Positions 38,029 to 47,498 of a stretch of DNA of 64,000 nt are shown one piece after another; within the stretch, counting starts at the first letter, position 1; each line of letters opens with the position of its first letter. A program made the position numbers and the translations under genes. The DNA comes from Myxococcota bacterium (GTDB taxonomy: Bacteria > Myxococcota_A > Bradymonadia > UBA7976 > UBA1532): assembly GCA_036337435.1 (NCBI GenBank), contig JAYZEG010000001.1, positions 1 to 64,000 on the forward strand, given 5' to 3'. Under the pieces are notes generated by a model, which worked only from the letters and a program-made list of their open reading frames with translations, had not been told where the DNA came from and made no database searches.

Positions 38029-39450
38029 ATGAATCGATTGTTTTGGTTAACCGGAATTTTGATTTTGACCCATGGCTGTGATGGGACCAGCCGAGACCGC
38101 GAGGCGACCAGTGCCGATGGCGGCAATATGAGCCTAGACTCCTTCCCATCAGATGCTTCTAGACATGATGCCGTGAGTCTGAATGATGCGACAATGGATG
38201 CTGGGCCCGAGTCAGAACGGCAAGATGAAGGACGCAGAGTCAGTGCTGAAAATCTGTGTGACGGTCTGGATGATGACGCTGACGGTCTCATCGATGAAGG
38301 GACCACCAATGCATGCGGGGGGTGTGGGGGACTGCCTCCAGGAGGCTGCCAACTTTGGTCAGTCAATCTGACGCAGGCGACTGACAATCCTGTCAACACA
38401 AGCCGACTCATTGGACTCGCAGCTCGAATTATTGGCGTGAGCTCTGTGGATATACCCAATGCCAATTGTCGTGTCACCCGACTTACATTGACGGAGACAG
38501 CGGATGAAAACCTTGGACTTGTCTCGATGACCAACGATGGACGGACCGTCACACTGAGACCGAACTTTGACCCAAATTCAGAGCGAGTTTTTTATTCACC
38601 AGATGATGAATCAGCCGTAACAATTCAGTTTCAAGCTGACTCGGAGATACACGTGAGTACGACGGGGGGCCCGCAAATCCCGGCCTTCGAAAACGAGGTG
38701 ACAATGCCCCATCCAATTCAATTAGAATCGGAAGACAACCTAGATAGTGTCGCCCATTTTATGACCAACATGAACACGGAGCCGCCCACAATTCGTTGGC
38801 AACCCGACGGTGCATCAGACGGCCGCCTGAGGCTTTACATCGGAGGGAGTAAGGTCATCTTCAGACGCGTCGCCTTCTATCAAGCAATCGAGCACTTGGT
38901 TTTGGATGCGACTGTCATCGATGATGGCGAGTTGACCCTACCGCAAACGTTTTCCGGTCAAGGTATCGAGGGCAGTTCGATGTGGGTCTACCTACTCCGA
39001 CAAATGAGTCGCCGCCTTACATTTGGACCTCATGCCGTGCTGCTGACCGCTGGACAACGGACCGAGACCCGTATAGCGGGCGGCACTGACCTCAGAGAGC
39101 AGCCGCCTTTTCAAATCGTCAGCCCCAATCCAAATACGCGCGCTGTCGATACCACGCAGCCCCTGTCCATTCGCTGGACACAGCTGCCGCTTGGAACGGG
39201 TCCACTTCAAATGTCCCTCAGTTACCGAGACACGGACATTGGACAACAGACCCTTGTCGAATGCGACGTCATTGACCCGACTTTGAACGAATTAATTTTG
39301 CCCGAGGACATGGCGGCAGACATTCCAACTCAACCCGGCCAATTTCGGCAAATTACACTGAGGTGGACGACCTCAGAGCAGTCGCTACCAGGACCGGAAC
39401 AAGGGCAGCTCTCCAAGGCGATCAGCGTCTTTTTAAACTTCACACAATAG
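38029..39450 (+). CDS. Lipoprotein with a putative metal-binding CDGxDDDxDGxIDEG (MopE-related) motif
   Basis: Signal peptide with lipobox THGC; ENLCDGLDDDADGLIDEGTTNACGGCG; beta-rich C-terminal domains. Confidence 0.7.
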   Translation: MNRLFWLTGILILTHGCDGTSRDREATSADGGNMSLDSFPSDASRHDAVSLNDATMDAGPESERQDEGRRVSAENLCDGLDDDADGLIDEGTTNACGGCGGLPPGGCQLWSVNLTQATDNPVNTSRLIGLAARIIGVSSVDIPNANCRVTRLTLTETADENLGLVSMTNDGRTVTLRPNFDPNSERVFYSPDDESAVTIQFQADSEIHVSTTGGPQIPAFENEVTMPHPIQLESEDNLDSVAHFMTNMNTEPPTIRWQPDGASDGRLRLYIGGSKVIFRRVAFYQAIEHLVLDATVIDDGELTLPQTFSGQGIEGSSMWVYLLRQMSRRLTFGPHAVLLTAGQRTETRIAGGTDLREQPPFQIVSPNPNTRAVDTTQPLSIRWTQLPLGTGPLQMSLSYRDTDIGQQTLVECDVIDPTLNELILPEDMAADIPTQPGQFRQITLRWTTSEQSLPGPEQGQLSKAISVFLNFTQ

Positions 39451-39465
39451 AGGAAAGGGTCTCCT

Positions 39466-40197
39466 GTGACCAATCAACAAGCAAGAGACAAGGTCGCCGT
39501 GGTGACCGGCGGTGCGATTCGAGTGGGTGAGGCCATCAGCCGACGGCTCGCGGCAGCTGGCTACCATGTTGTCATCCATGCGTTCAGCCACGAGAATAGA
39601 GCACGGTCATTGGCCATTGAATTGGGTGGTTCCCATATTTGTGCTGACCTCAGTCAGAGGGCCGGTGCTGGCGTGATTTTCAACCACGTCGATGCCCTTG
39701 GATTGCCCCTGGAAATCCTCGTAAACAACGCGGCAATTTTCCAGCCATCAGCCCCAGAAGCCGTGACCGAAGAGATGTGGGATACCCACATCGCTGTGAA
39801 TATCACCGCACCCTTCCAATTAGCCCAACTCGCTGCACCAAGGATGCGGCGTCAGGGCAATGGAGCCATCATTAACCTGCTCGATATCGCGTCACTCCGT
39901 CCAGAATCGGACTACGTACACTATTCGGCTACCAAAGCCGCGCTGGAATCTCTGACCAAAGGCCTGGCTGCGCAATGGGCGCCCGAGATCAGAGTCAATG
40001 GAGTGGCACCAGGTGCTGCACTGATGCCAGAAACGTTTACGGATGCCGAACGACAACTGCGCCTAGACAGAACGCCCATGGGCATTGAACCCGGCGCGGC
40101 ACCCATTGCTGAGGCGGTTGAGTTTCTAGCCATTGGACCGAAAGCGATCACAGGCGTTGTGCTCCCAGTAGACGGCGGTCTTGGAATCACCTGGTGA
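39466..40197 (+). CDS. Short-chain dehydrogenase/reductase, pteridine reductase (FolM/PTR1)-like
   Basis: VTGGAIRVG (Arg in the Gly-rich loop as in PTR1/FolM), LVNNAA, YSATK, RVNGVAPG, ITG.VL.VDGG. Confidence 0.75.
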   Translation: MTNQQARDKVAVVTGGAIRVGEAISRRLAAAGYHVVIHAFSHENRARSLAIELGGSHICADLSQRAGAGVIFNHVDALGLPLEILVNNAAIFQPSAPEAVTEEMWDTHIAVNITAPFQLAQLAAPRMRRQGNGAIINLLDIASLRPESDYVHYSATKAALESLTKGLAAQWAPEIRVNGVAPGAALMPETFTDAERQLRLDRTPMGIEPGAAPIAEAVEFLAIGPKAITGVVLPVDGGLGITW

Positions 40198-40200
40198 GGA

Positions 40201-40875
40201 TTACCGTCTGATCCGCTTGCTTTTGTTCATCTTCGCCTCTTCCGCGATCCGCTTCTTGGTGGCCGCCCAACTACAGATTGGACAGGTGGACAAATCGTGG
40301 TGTCGGGCGGGACAATACTCACGGCCAAAGTAAATGATTTGGAGATGCAGCCGATTCCATTTCTCTTTCGGAAACAGCTTTTTCAAATCTCGTTCCGTCG
40401 TCTCTACGTTTCGTCCAGACGATAGACCCCATCGAGCCGCGAGTCGATGGATGTGCGTATCGACAGGAAATGCCGGTACACCGAATGCTTGTGCCATGAC
40501 AACGGATGCCGTTTTATGCCCAACCCCAGCAAGAGCTTCAAGAGCGTCGATATCAGGCGGGACTTGTCCACCATGGCGCTCGACCAAATCAGTGCTCAGC
40601 TTATGGATATTCTTTGCTTTGGTTGGTGCCAATCCGATTTGCCGAATCAATTGCGCGATCTCCTCGACACTGAGTGCCATCATCGCACTTGGGTTATCCG
40701 CCCGAGCAAAGAGCCCTGGCGTGATTTCATTTACTTTCTTGTCGGTGCTCTGCGCACTGAGCAGCACCGCAATCAAAAGCGTAAACGGATCGGTATGGTC
40801 TAAGGGAATGGGCGTTTCCGGGTAGAGCTCTTCGAGCATGTTGCCAATTCGGTCCGCCTTATCTTGCCTCTTCAT
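40201..40875 (-). CDS. nth: Endonuclease III (DNA glycosylase / AP lyase)
   Basis: PFTLLIAVLLSAQSTDKKVN, HhH motif L.GVGHKTA, FPVDTHIHR. Confidence 0.93.
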   Translation of the reverse strand: MKRQDKADRIGNMLEELYPETPIPLDHTDPFTLLIAVLLSAQSTDKKVNEITPGLFARADNPSAMMALSVEEIAQLIRQIGLAPTKAKNIHKLSTDLVERHGGQVPPDIDALEALAGVGHKTASVVMAQAFGVPAFPVDTHIHRLAARWGLSSGRNVETTERDLKKLFPKEKWNRLHLQIIYFGREYCPARHHDLSTCPICSWAATKKRIAEEAKMNKSKRIRR

Positions 40876-40892
40876 AATGCTCGTTTAACCCC

Positions 40893-42371
40893 CTACAAAA
40901 TTTGAAAGTCCCATCGAATCTGAAGCCAGAGTTGATCGTGTGTTTTCAAACCATTGAACGGACCGACTGTCGATGCCGTTCCTGCCCCGTAATGAACGTA
41001 CAAGGCTGTCAGCTTCAACGCATCAACTAATTCATAGGCCAAACCGCCCCGCATTAGCCAGCCGTATTGGGCCTTTAATCCCATCGCCGTTGCGGCCACA
41101 TCAAGTCTCAATCGCTCTCGCAGATAGCTCTTTGACACTCGAGCTGCGGTCTGAAAGGCTGAGACAGGAAAGAGCGCATTGGTCCCACCACTCAACGGAT
41201 AAGATTGCTGTGCCTCCAAGCTCACCGTGGTTTCACTAAAGCCAGAATAAGTCACACCCGCCATGCCGGTCAGCAGGGTCATCGTGTCGATGTCGATGGT
41301 TGGAATAGACGCGCTCACACGCCCTGTATTGTAAGCTTTATCAAACTCCATGAGCCATTCAGATTTGGCGACAAAAGAGCCTGTCACGAAAGAGATAGAC
41401 GCGCCCGTTAAAGAATATCTTCGGTGGTCTAGTTCCAGGTCTATGGATTCTGGGAACCCAGCCAAATCATTGACCGAAACACCCGCATCTAGCAATCCAT
41501 CTAAGAGTTCAAAACCCTCCGGTAACACGACCACCCCTTGTCGGTCTCGAAGCCACCCGTAATATAAGCCCAGATCAAACCCTTCAGCCTTGAGAAGCCA
41601 ACGGGCGACGATATTCCCGCTCTCGAGTCCGTAACGCGCCTGTGTGTGCTTATATCTGACGGTCCGGTCGTCCAAGAATGTAGAGGCCAGGTCATTGGCG
41701 CGCAGAACCTGAGCTAATGGACTGTATTCAGACAGAGGGCTTGGTTGTTCGCCAAAGTACCCTTCGTGTGTTGCGATCAATTCGAATCGGCCGACGGCGG
41801 ATACAACACCAAGCTGGGTGGCAAGGATCGATAGACGAATATCATCTAGGTCAGCGAGCCCTGGCTCTCGTAGATCTCGGGGGTTGACGATATCAAGTGG
41901 ACTAAATACATCTCCTTCGCCCCATGCGACGGTTTGCCGACCGAACTTGACATCGATAAACGCCGTTTGAAACGCCACATATTGCTCTCTCGGAAAGTAG
42001 CGGGCGCGGTAGCTGGCTAAGGTCGCATCGTCGTAGCGTGATTCATCCAATTCGTAGGCCCCATCGTATTCGAAATGACCACCGAGAACCACGCGCCATC
42101 CCGTGCCTTTGTAGAGACCATCCAAGTCGAGACTTTGCCGTAATGTCGAGATTGGATCTTCGTCGAGCCGGTTGAGCCAAAAGCCTGCTCGACTGCGAAG
42201 AAAGCCTTTTAGTTGAAGCGCTGTCAGAGTCGGCTGGGCAGACAGGTCGATATCGGGCGTGTCCGCAAAGCCAAACTCATCTTGGTCATCTCCCCAGTCG
42301 GCGTCTTCCGTCTGGGCCGCCAGGGGCGTGGCAAGGAACAGAATCGATGCAACCAGGACGGCACGACCCAT
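40893..42371 (-). CDS. Outer-membrane beta-barrel protein (DUF1302-like)
   Basis: Signal peptide; KFGRQTVAWGEGD.FSPLDIVNPRDLR; amphipathic strands; C-terminal DQLWLQIRWDF. ATG at 42371. Confidence 0.7.
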   Translation of the reverse strand: MGRAVLVASILFLATPLAAQTEDADWGDDQDEFGFADTPDIDLSAQPTLTALQLKGFLRSRAGFWLNRLDEDPISTLRQSLDLDGLYKGTGWRVVLGGHFEYDGAYELDESRYDDATLASYRARYFPREQYVAFQTAFIDVKFGRQTVAWGEGDVFSPLDIVNPRDLREPGLADLDDIRLSILATQLGVVSAVGRFELIATHEGYFGEQPSPLSEYSPLAQVLRANDLASTFLDDRTVRYKHTQARYGLESGNIVARWLLKAEGFDLGLYYGWLRDRQGVVVLPEGFELLDGLLDAGVSVNDLAGFPESIDLELDHRRYSLTGASISFVTGSFVAKSEWLMEFDKAYNTGRVSASIPTIDIDTMTLLTGMAGVTYSGFSETTVSLEAQQSYPLSGGTNALFPVSAFQTAARVSKSYLRERLRLDVAATAMGLKAQYGWLMRGGLAYELVDALKLTALYVHYGAGTASTVGPFNGLKTHDQLWLQIRWDFQIL

Positions 42372-42373
42372 TA

Positions 42374-43240
42374 TCAGCGCGTCCACCACTGCGCATTCTG
42401 ATCAAAAAAACCATCGTTGACATCCGCATTGTCTGCACTGACATCCGCAAACTGAATAATCGTCGTCGACAAGACCTCGCGTGACCGGGTTGTTCGAGCA
42501 CTGATTTTATGAGCCATCCAATGGCCACCAACCAGTTTGAGGTCATCAAATTTAATGAACTTTAGCTTTCGACCCTCGCGCACCCAAGCCTTGATTTGAA
42601 CGGGTAACAATTTGGATTTGCTTACCCAGAGTCGACTCTTGACGTATCCGGTCTCATCCTTGGCTTTTTGGGTGACCGGACGCGCTTCGATGAGCCAGCA
42701 ATCTTCAGCCCCGTCGCCTTTGCCGACAGAAATCGACTGTTTTACCATCGTGTACTCATAGTCCGACGTCGCCGAGCGCGTCATATCCGAATAGGTCAAA
42801 TCCGTGCCCATAAATGACCCTGACTTATCCCCACTCGAAATGCGTGTACTTTTTTTCAAACTGGGGAGATAAAGCCATTGGTCATCATCTTTTTTGGAAT
42901 CGTCATGGTCGATAGACAGTAATGATGTCCCCTGGACGTCCGCGGGACTATCAAAGACCATTAGCTGACGCTCAGATGCCCCTGTCTCCATTGCCCAAGA
43001 CCGCATGGTTCGCTCCCGAGTTCGGCCGCCCTTATCGATAATCTTGAGAAGTAATGTGCTTTTTACACGGTTCGCTTTGTCTCTAGACTCCACCGCGGTC
43101 ATGATGGCTTTTGCATCTGTGGAAGCAGCAGTGACCGCCGTCTGAGCAGTTTGGACAACTTGGTTCGGTGGTGCCTGAGCAAAGCTGTCAGTGCACAAGA
43201 GACAGGCAGTAAGGGCGAGAAGACTGTGTTGATTAAGCAT
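42374..43240 (-). CDS. Outer-membrane lipoprotein-sorting (LolA-like) periplasmic protein
   Basis: Signal peptide; F.SPADV.GT.LL, DDQWLYLPSLKK..RISS..KSGSFMGTDLTY.D. ATG at 43240. Confidence 0.85.
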   Translation of the reverse strand: MLNQHSLLALTACLLCTDSFAQAPPNQVVQTAQTAVTAASTDAKAIMTAVESRDKANRVKSTLLLKIIDKGGRTRERTMRSWAMETGASERQLMVFDSPADVQGTSLLSIDHDDSKKDDDQWLYLPSLKKSTRISSGDKSGSFMGTDLTYSDMTRSATSDYEYTMVKQSISVGKGDGAEDCWLIEARPVTQKAKDETGYVKSRLWVSKSKLLPVQIKAWVREGRKLKFIKFDDLKLVGGHWMAHKISARTTRSREVLSTTIIQFADVSADNADVNDGFFDQNAQWWTR

Positions 43241-45779
43241 TTTGGATCTCCGTCTTATCATTGGACAGGGGATAAAAGGTTCTGATCAAAGCCGGCGCAA
43301 AGAATAGGTCGATCAAGAGGGCCAATAAGGCAGTGCTGCCTACTAGGAACCCAAAGCGTGTCACATTCGTCATGTCGGCGGCCAGATACGTGAAAAAACC
43401 CAACATGAGGATGAGTGTCGTACTGACCATTGCCCGACCTGAATGGCTCACGGCAGCTCGCAAAGCAGCCTCCCGATCATGAGAACTTTGATGATTAACC
43501 CGAAAATGGTGCAGCAAATGAATGGTATCATCAACAGCCAAACCAATTGCGATGGACGCGATCAATAACGTATTCATGTCGATGGGAATTCCGGACAAAC
43601 CCATAATTCCCATGATCATGATGATGGGCATCAAGTTCGGGACCATCGCGATCAAGCCCAACTTGATGCTGCGCAAGAGCAGCATCATGATCAACGTAAT
43701 GACCACGAAGGCAACTCCGAAGCTCGCCAAGAGGTCGTGAATCATTTGACCGATTGTCGTCACCAAAGTGTACACGGAGCCAGTTGGTCGCGCCTCGACA
43801 TTCTCCGGGATGTGAGTGGCAACCCCCTCGCTGATATGTTTTGTTAAACCGAAATACGCCGTCGCTTCCAACCACTTCATGCGGATGGTCATATGAGTCC
43901 TGGTGTAATCGGCGGTCACCAGCCTCTCCAGTTGCTCTCGACCCGCATTTTCGAACAAAAAAAGCATATCACTTACCCCCCGATTGGTCTCAGGAATGGC
44001 ATAGTCAATGGCGCGGTCTTCGGTCATCACACGATTGGTCTCTTTGACAATATCCACGATGCTGATGCCGTTACCGACAATGTCGCCGACAATGGGATCT
44101 CTGTATGCTTTGATGTGGTCTTGTAGGGCGGCCATCCCGTTAAGGAGTGCCTTGTCCTTAATCCCATTCGGTCCTGCACTGTCGATGAGAATTTGGATGT
44201 TGGCCGTTCCACCGAGGTGGGTATCGATGCTGTCAAAGGCCTGCTTGATCTTGACGTCCTTTGGCATCCAGGACATTGGATTGTGCCAGACCGTCAATTG
44301 GAGACTCCCACCTACCCCAGCGACCACGAGCACGACCATAAGGGTCAAATTTCGCCGTTTTCGAACGCGGTGAGCTTTTGTAAAAGCAGGTGCTGACCGA
44401 CTATCAGGACCCGATGACCACAAACAGAAATCAAGAAAACGATCCAGAAAGTCGCGTTGACTGAGTTCAACCCGACCGAAACGACCCTTTCGATTGAAGC
44501 TCAGAGCAGCCGGTAGGAATGTAACCGACAAAACAAAGGCTAAGAAAACAGCGAAAGCACCCGAATAACCCATTTCCTGGATGGCTTCTAAGCTCGCAAA
44601 GTGAAAGCTCAATAGACCGACCATTGTGGTCAGAGAGGTGAAGAAGATAGGGACTCCGGTGGTCGCCAACGCGTGGGCAAGCGCATCGTGTGCAGACCGA
44701 CCTTCCGCCATGGAGTCACGATATACAGAAATTAAGTGAACCGAGTGGCCGATCCCAACACAGAAAAGAAATGCCGGCAGGATATTACTGAGCATGGTCA
44801 GACGCATGCCAATGAAGGCCAATGTCCCCACCGTGATCAAGCCCGAGGCAATGACAACAAACAGGGGCGGGAAAATACCGAGCGGATGCCTAAACAAATA
44901 CAAGAGCACACAGAACATCACCACCACAGACCAAATGAAAATGGAATGGAGATCGGACGTCAGCAACCGATTTAGCTCAGCATTGAGCGCAGGCAGGCCA
45001 CCCACTTGAACATGAAATCCAGGCGTACTGAATTGAGCACCAAGGTTTTGGATGGCATTAAATAATCGTTGAGCGTCGGAATCGGTCAGTTTCTGTGTGC
45101 GGACACTGATGGCAGAATACTCACCCGCGGCATCAACGACTTGACCGACTAGGCGTTGGTCATTGGTAATTTTGGCCTTGAGTTGCTCTAAGTCGCCGTC
45201 CACAGGAAAAGGGTCGAGAAGTTCTCCTACAACAAGACTGCCGCCCTGATTACGACGGGTCTCGCGGACATTGAGTATGGATGTCACCTCTTCAACAACC
45301 GTGGTGGTCTCCCCATCCCAATCCTCGGACCCATCATCGCCAAATCCATCAAAGTCGCCGAAGGCGTCCGCGTCTTCGGCTTGCGTTGATGGCGTCGTGT
45401 CGGTCTTCGGCGAGACAGCTTCGGAGCCGTCGGTCGACAACACGATATCGAGCTTTTCAAGTGAACGGTGTAGGTCTCGAAGTTTTGTCAGATAGGGGAT
45501 GGAGAAAACGTCGCCTTTGATGAGGACCAGGAAAATTGCATCATCGCCGAAGGTTTTTCGGTATTCATTCAGTACAAACTGCGTCTCAGATTCGGCATGA
45601 GCGAAGGCTTCAACGCTGGTATCGAGCCGAGTTTGAGTCGCCGCGAAGTAGCCTGCAACACAAACGAGTGCGGCCGTCGCCATGATGACCGCGTACCGAA
45701 ATCGGATCATTAATTGGGCCCATCGGCGGAATCCCTCGTGAATCGGTTCGGCCCGTTGGCTTATTTTATTGTCACCCAT
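43233..45779 (-). CDS. MMPL/RND-superfamily transporter
   Basis: Two TM repeats with periplasmic loops; TSLTTMVGLLSF; IAIGLAVDDTIH; GRAMVSTTLIL..GF; DLFFAPAL. Confidence 0.9.
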   Translation of the reverse strand: MGDNKISQRAEPIHEGFRRWAQLMIRFRYAVIMATAALVCVAGYFAATQTRLDTSVEAFAHAESETQFVLNEYRKTFGDDAIFLVLIKGDVFSIPYLTKLRDLHRSLEKLDIVLSTDGSEAVSPKTDTTPSTQAEDADAFGDFDGFGDDGSEDWDGETTTVVEEVTSILNVRETRRNQGGSLVVGELLDPFPVDGDLEQLKAKITNDQRLVGQVVDAAGEYSAISVRTQKLTDSDAQRLFNAIQNLGAQFSTPGFHVQVGGLPALNAELNRLLTSDLHSIFIWSVVVMFCVLLYLFRHPLGIFPPLFVVIASGLITVGTLAFIGMRLTMLSNILPAFLFCVGIGHSVHLISVYRDSMAEGRSAHDALAHALATTGVPIFFTSLTTMVGLLSFHFASLEAIQEMGYSGAFAVFLAFVLSVTFLPAALSFNRKGRFGRVELSQRDFLDRFLDFCLWSSGPDSRSAPAFTKAHRVRKRRNLTLMVVLVVAGVGGSLQLTVWHNPMSWMPKDVKIKQAFDSIDTHLGGTANIQILIDSAGPNGIKDKALLNGMAALQDHIKAYRDPIVGDIVGNGISIVDIVKETNRVMTEDRAIDYAIPETNRGVSDMLFLFENAGREQLERLVTADYTRTHMTIRMKWLEATAYFGLTKHISEGVATHIPENVEARPTGSVYTLVTTIGQMIHDLLASFGVAFVVITLIMMLLLRSIKLGLIAMVPNLMPIIMIMGIMGLSGIPIDMNTLLIASIAIGLAVDDTIHLLHHFRVNHQSSHDREAALRAAVSHSGRAMVSTTLILMLGFFTYLAADMTNVTRFGFLVGSTALLALLIDLFFAPALIRTFYPLSNDKTEIQNA

Positions 45780-45942
45780 TCAAACTCGACTGAATCCAGA
45801 AGCATAGCCCACGACTCCTAGTGTAGAGAGCCGTGTATAGGAACTCGGTTACTGATTGCCCGCCCTCATTAATACCCTAATTCAAGTGTTCGTAGGTTAT
45901 TAAATTCGGACGGGGCTGAGTGGTGGGTAGATTTTGGTGCTG

Positions 45943-45962
45943 GATCGGGTTGCAACCCAATC
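45943..45962. promoter_or_regulatory. Palindromic operator candidate upstream of pdxS
   Basis: GATCGGGTTGCAACCCAATC: perfect 12-bp core GGGTTGCAACCC, 20 bp with one mismatched pair. Overlaps TTGCAA, which lies 17 nt before TAAGAG. Confidence 0.4.
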
Positions 45963-46003
45963 GGCGACAGGCTAAGAGCGCGTAGGGAAGAAAGGAATGG
46001 AAC

Positions 46004-46885
46004 ATGGAAACTTCAACTTTTGCAGCTAAAGTCGGACTTGCGGAAATGCTAAAGGGCGGCGTCATCATGGATGTCGTCGACGCAAACCAAGCGCGGATCG
46101 CGGAAGACGCCGGTGCTTGTGCCGTGATGGCACTCGAACGAGTACCGGCCCAGATCCGCAAAGACGGTGGCGTGGCTCGAGCAAGCGACCCCGGCATGAT
46201 CAGGGAGATCCAGAAAGCCGTATCGATTCCGGTCATGGCAAAGTGCCGGATCGGGCACTTTATGGAAGCACGGATTCTCGAAGCACTCGAAGTTGACTTC
46301 ATCGACGAAAGCGAAGTGCTCACGCCGGCTGATGAGGCGTTCCACATTGAAAAAAATGACTTCAAGGTGCCCTTCGTCTGTGGCTGCACAGATTTAGGGG
46401 AAGCACTGCGACGCATTGGCGAAGGGGCTGCACTGTTAAGGACAAAGGGCGAAGCGGGTACCGGTAATATCGTCGAGGGTGTGCGCCACTTGAGAACCCT
46501 CCACGGACACATCCGCCTGCTGACCCAGATGAGACCAGAAGAACTCATGACCGAGGCAAAAGAAATCGGAGCGCCATTTGCTCTCGTCAAACAGGTTGCA
46601 GAGACCGGGCGGCTTCCGGTGCCCAACTTCGCCGCTGGTGGTATCGCAACACCGGCGGACGCCGCTCTGTGCATGGCTCTCGGAGCTGAATCGGTCTTCG
46701 TCGGCTCGGGCATCTTTATGAGTGATGACCCCGAACGGCGAGCGAAAGCAGTCGTCGAAGCGACGACCTACTGGCAGGATCCGGCGAAGCTGGCTGAAAT
46801 CAGCACCGGTCTGGGCGAGGCGATGCCAGGACTTGAAATCGCTCGCTTGGGCGACAGTGAACGGTTGTCTCAACGAGGCTGGTAA
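46004..46885 (+). CDS. pdxS: Pyridoxal 5'-phosphate synthase, lyase subunit
   Basis: [64 protein letters not shown], ends RGW. Confidence 0.97.
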   Translation: METSTFAAKVGLAEMLKGGVIMDVVDANQARIAEDAGACAVMALERVPAQIRKDGGVARASDPGMIREIQKAVSIPVMAKCRIGHFMEARILEALEVDFIDESEVLTPADEAFHIEKNDFKVPFVCGCTDLGEALRRIGEGAALLRTKGEAGTGNIVEGVRHLRTLHGHIRLLTQMRPEELMTEAKEIGAPFALVKQVAETGRLPVPNFAAGGIATPADAALCMALGAESVFVGSGIFMSDDPERRAKAVVEATTYWQDPAKLAEISTGLGEAMPGLEIARLGDSERLSQRGW

Positions 46886-47460
46886 TGTCCAAAACCATCG
46901 GGGTTCTTGCCCTCCAGGGTGGCTATGAGTCACACCTGAGAGCTCTCGGTCGCTGCGGATACAGAACGCGCGCCATTCGGCACGTCGACGCTCTTACTGG
47001 CATCGACGGACTCGTTTTACCCGGTGGTGAAAGCACGACCCAAATCAAGCTGATGAAGCGCTTTGGACATTGGAGCGTCATCGATGAATTGGTGCGCTCT
47101 GGCTGTCCGACTCTTGCAACGTGCGCCGGCATGATCCTGGCGGCAACCCAGGTGTCTCAACCAGAGCAATCCTCGTTCGGCTGGATAGATATGAGCGTCG
47201 CTCGAAACGGTTGGGGTCGGCAGGTCTACAGCGGCGAGACCCTTGCGGATCTCGACTCGACACAACCGCATTTCGGCCCTGTGCCCCTCAAGCTTTTGTT
47301 TATACGAGCACCGAGAATTCTCCGCATCGGGGCCGGTGTCGAGGTGCTCGCTCAGACCAATGGAGAACCGGTGATGGTCAGACAAGACGCTCTCATCGCC
47401 GCCAGTTTCCACCCGGAACTCACCGACGACCTGCGGGTTCATCGGTTGGCATTCGAGTGA
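46885..47460 (+). CDS. pdxT: Pyridoxal 5'-phosphate synthase, glutaminase subunit
   Basis: IGVLALQG, LPGGEST, TCAGMI, FIRAP, SFHPELT; TAATG overlap with pdxS. Confidence 0.95.
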   Translation: MSKTIGVLALQGGYESHLRALGRCGYRTRAIRHVDALTGIDGLVLPGGESTTQIKLMKRFGHWSVIDELVRSGCPTLATCAGMILAATQVSQPEQSSFGWIDMSVARNGWGRQVYSGETLADLDSTQPHFGPVPLKLLFIRAPRILRIGAGVEVLAQTNGEPVMVRQDALIAASFHPELTDDLRVHRLAFE

Positions 47461-47498
47461 GGCTCCGTTAAAACGTCCGCGTTCTGTCTGACCCTCAA

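Noticed and set aside
42374..42412. Frameshift at the 7-T run near the end of the LolA-like gene (odd C-terminus QNAQWWTR)
   Set aside because: The alternative frame I read gives no better family-like ending, and the existing stop abuts the next ATG (TGATAATG), consistent with an intact operon.
45877..46713. 278-aa antisense ORF over pdxS, and similar long shadow ORFs such as 24765-25499 and 37917-38552
   Set aside because: Antisense or alternative-frame shadows of well-supported genes; no independent motifs.
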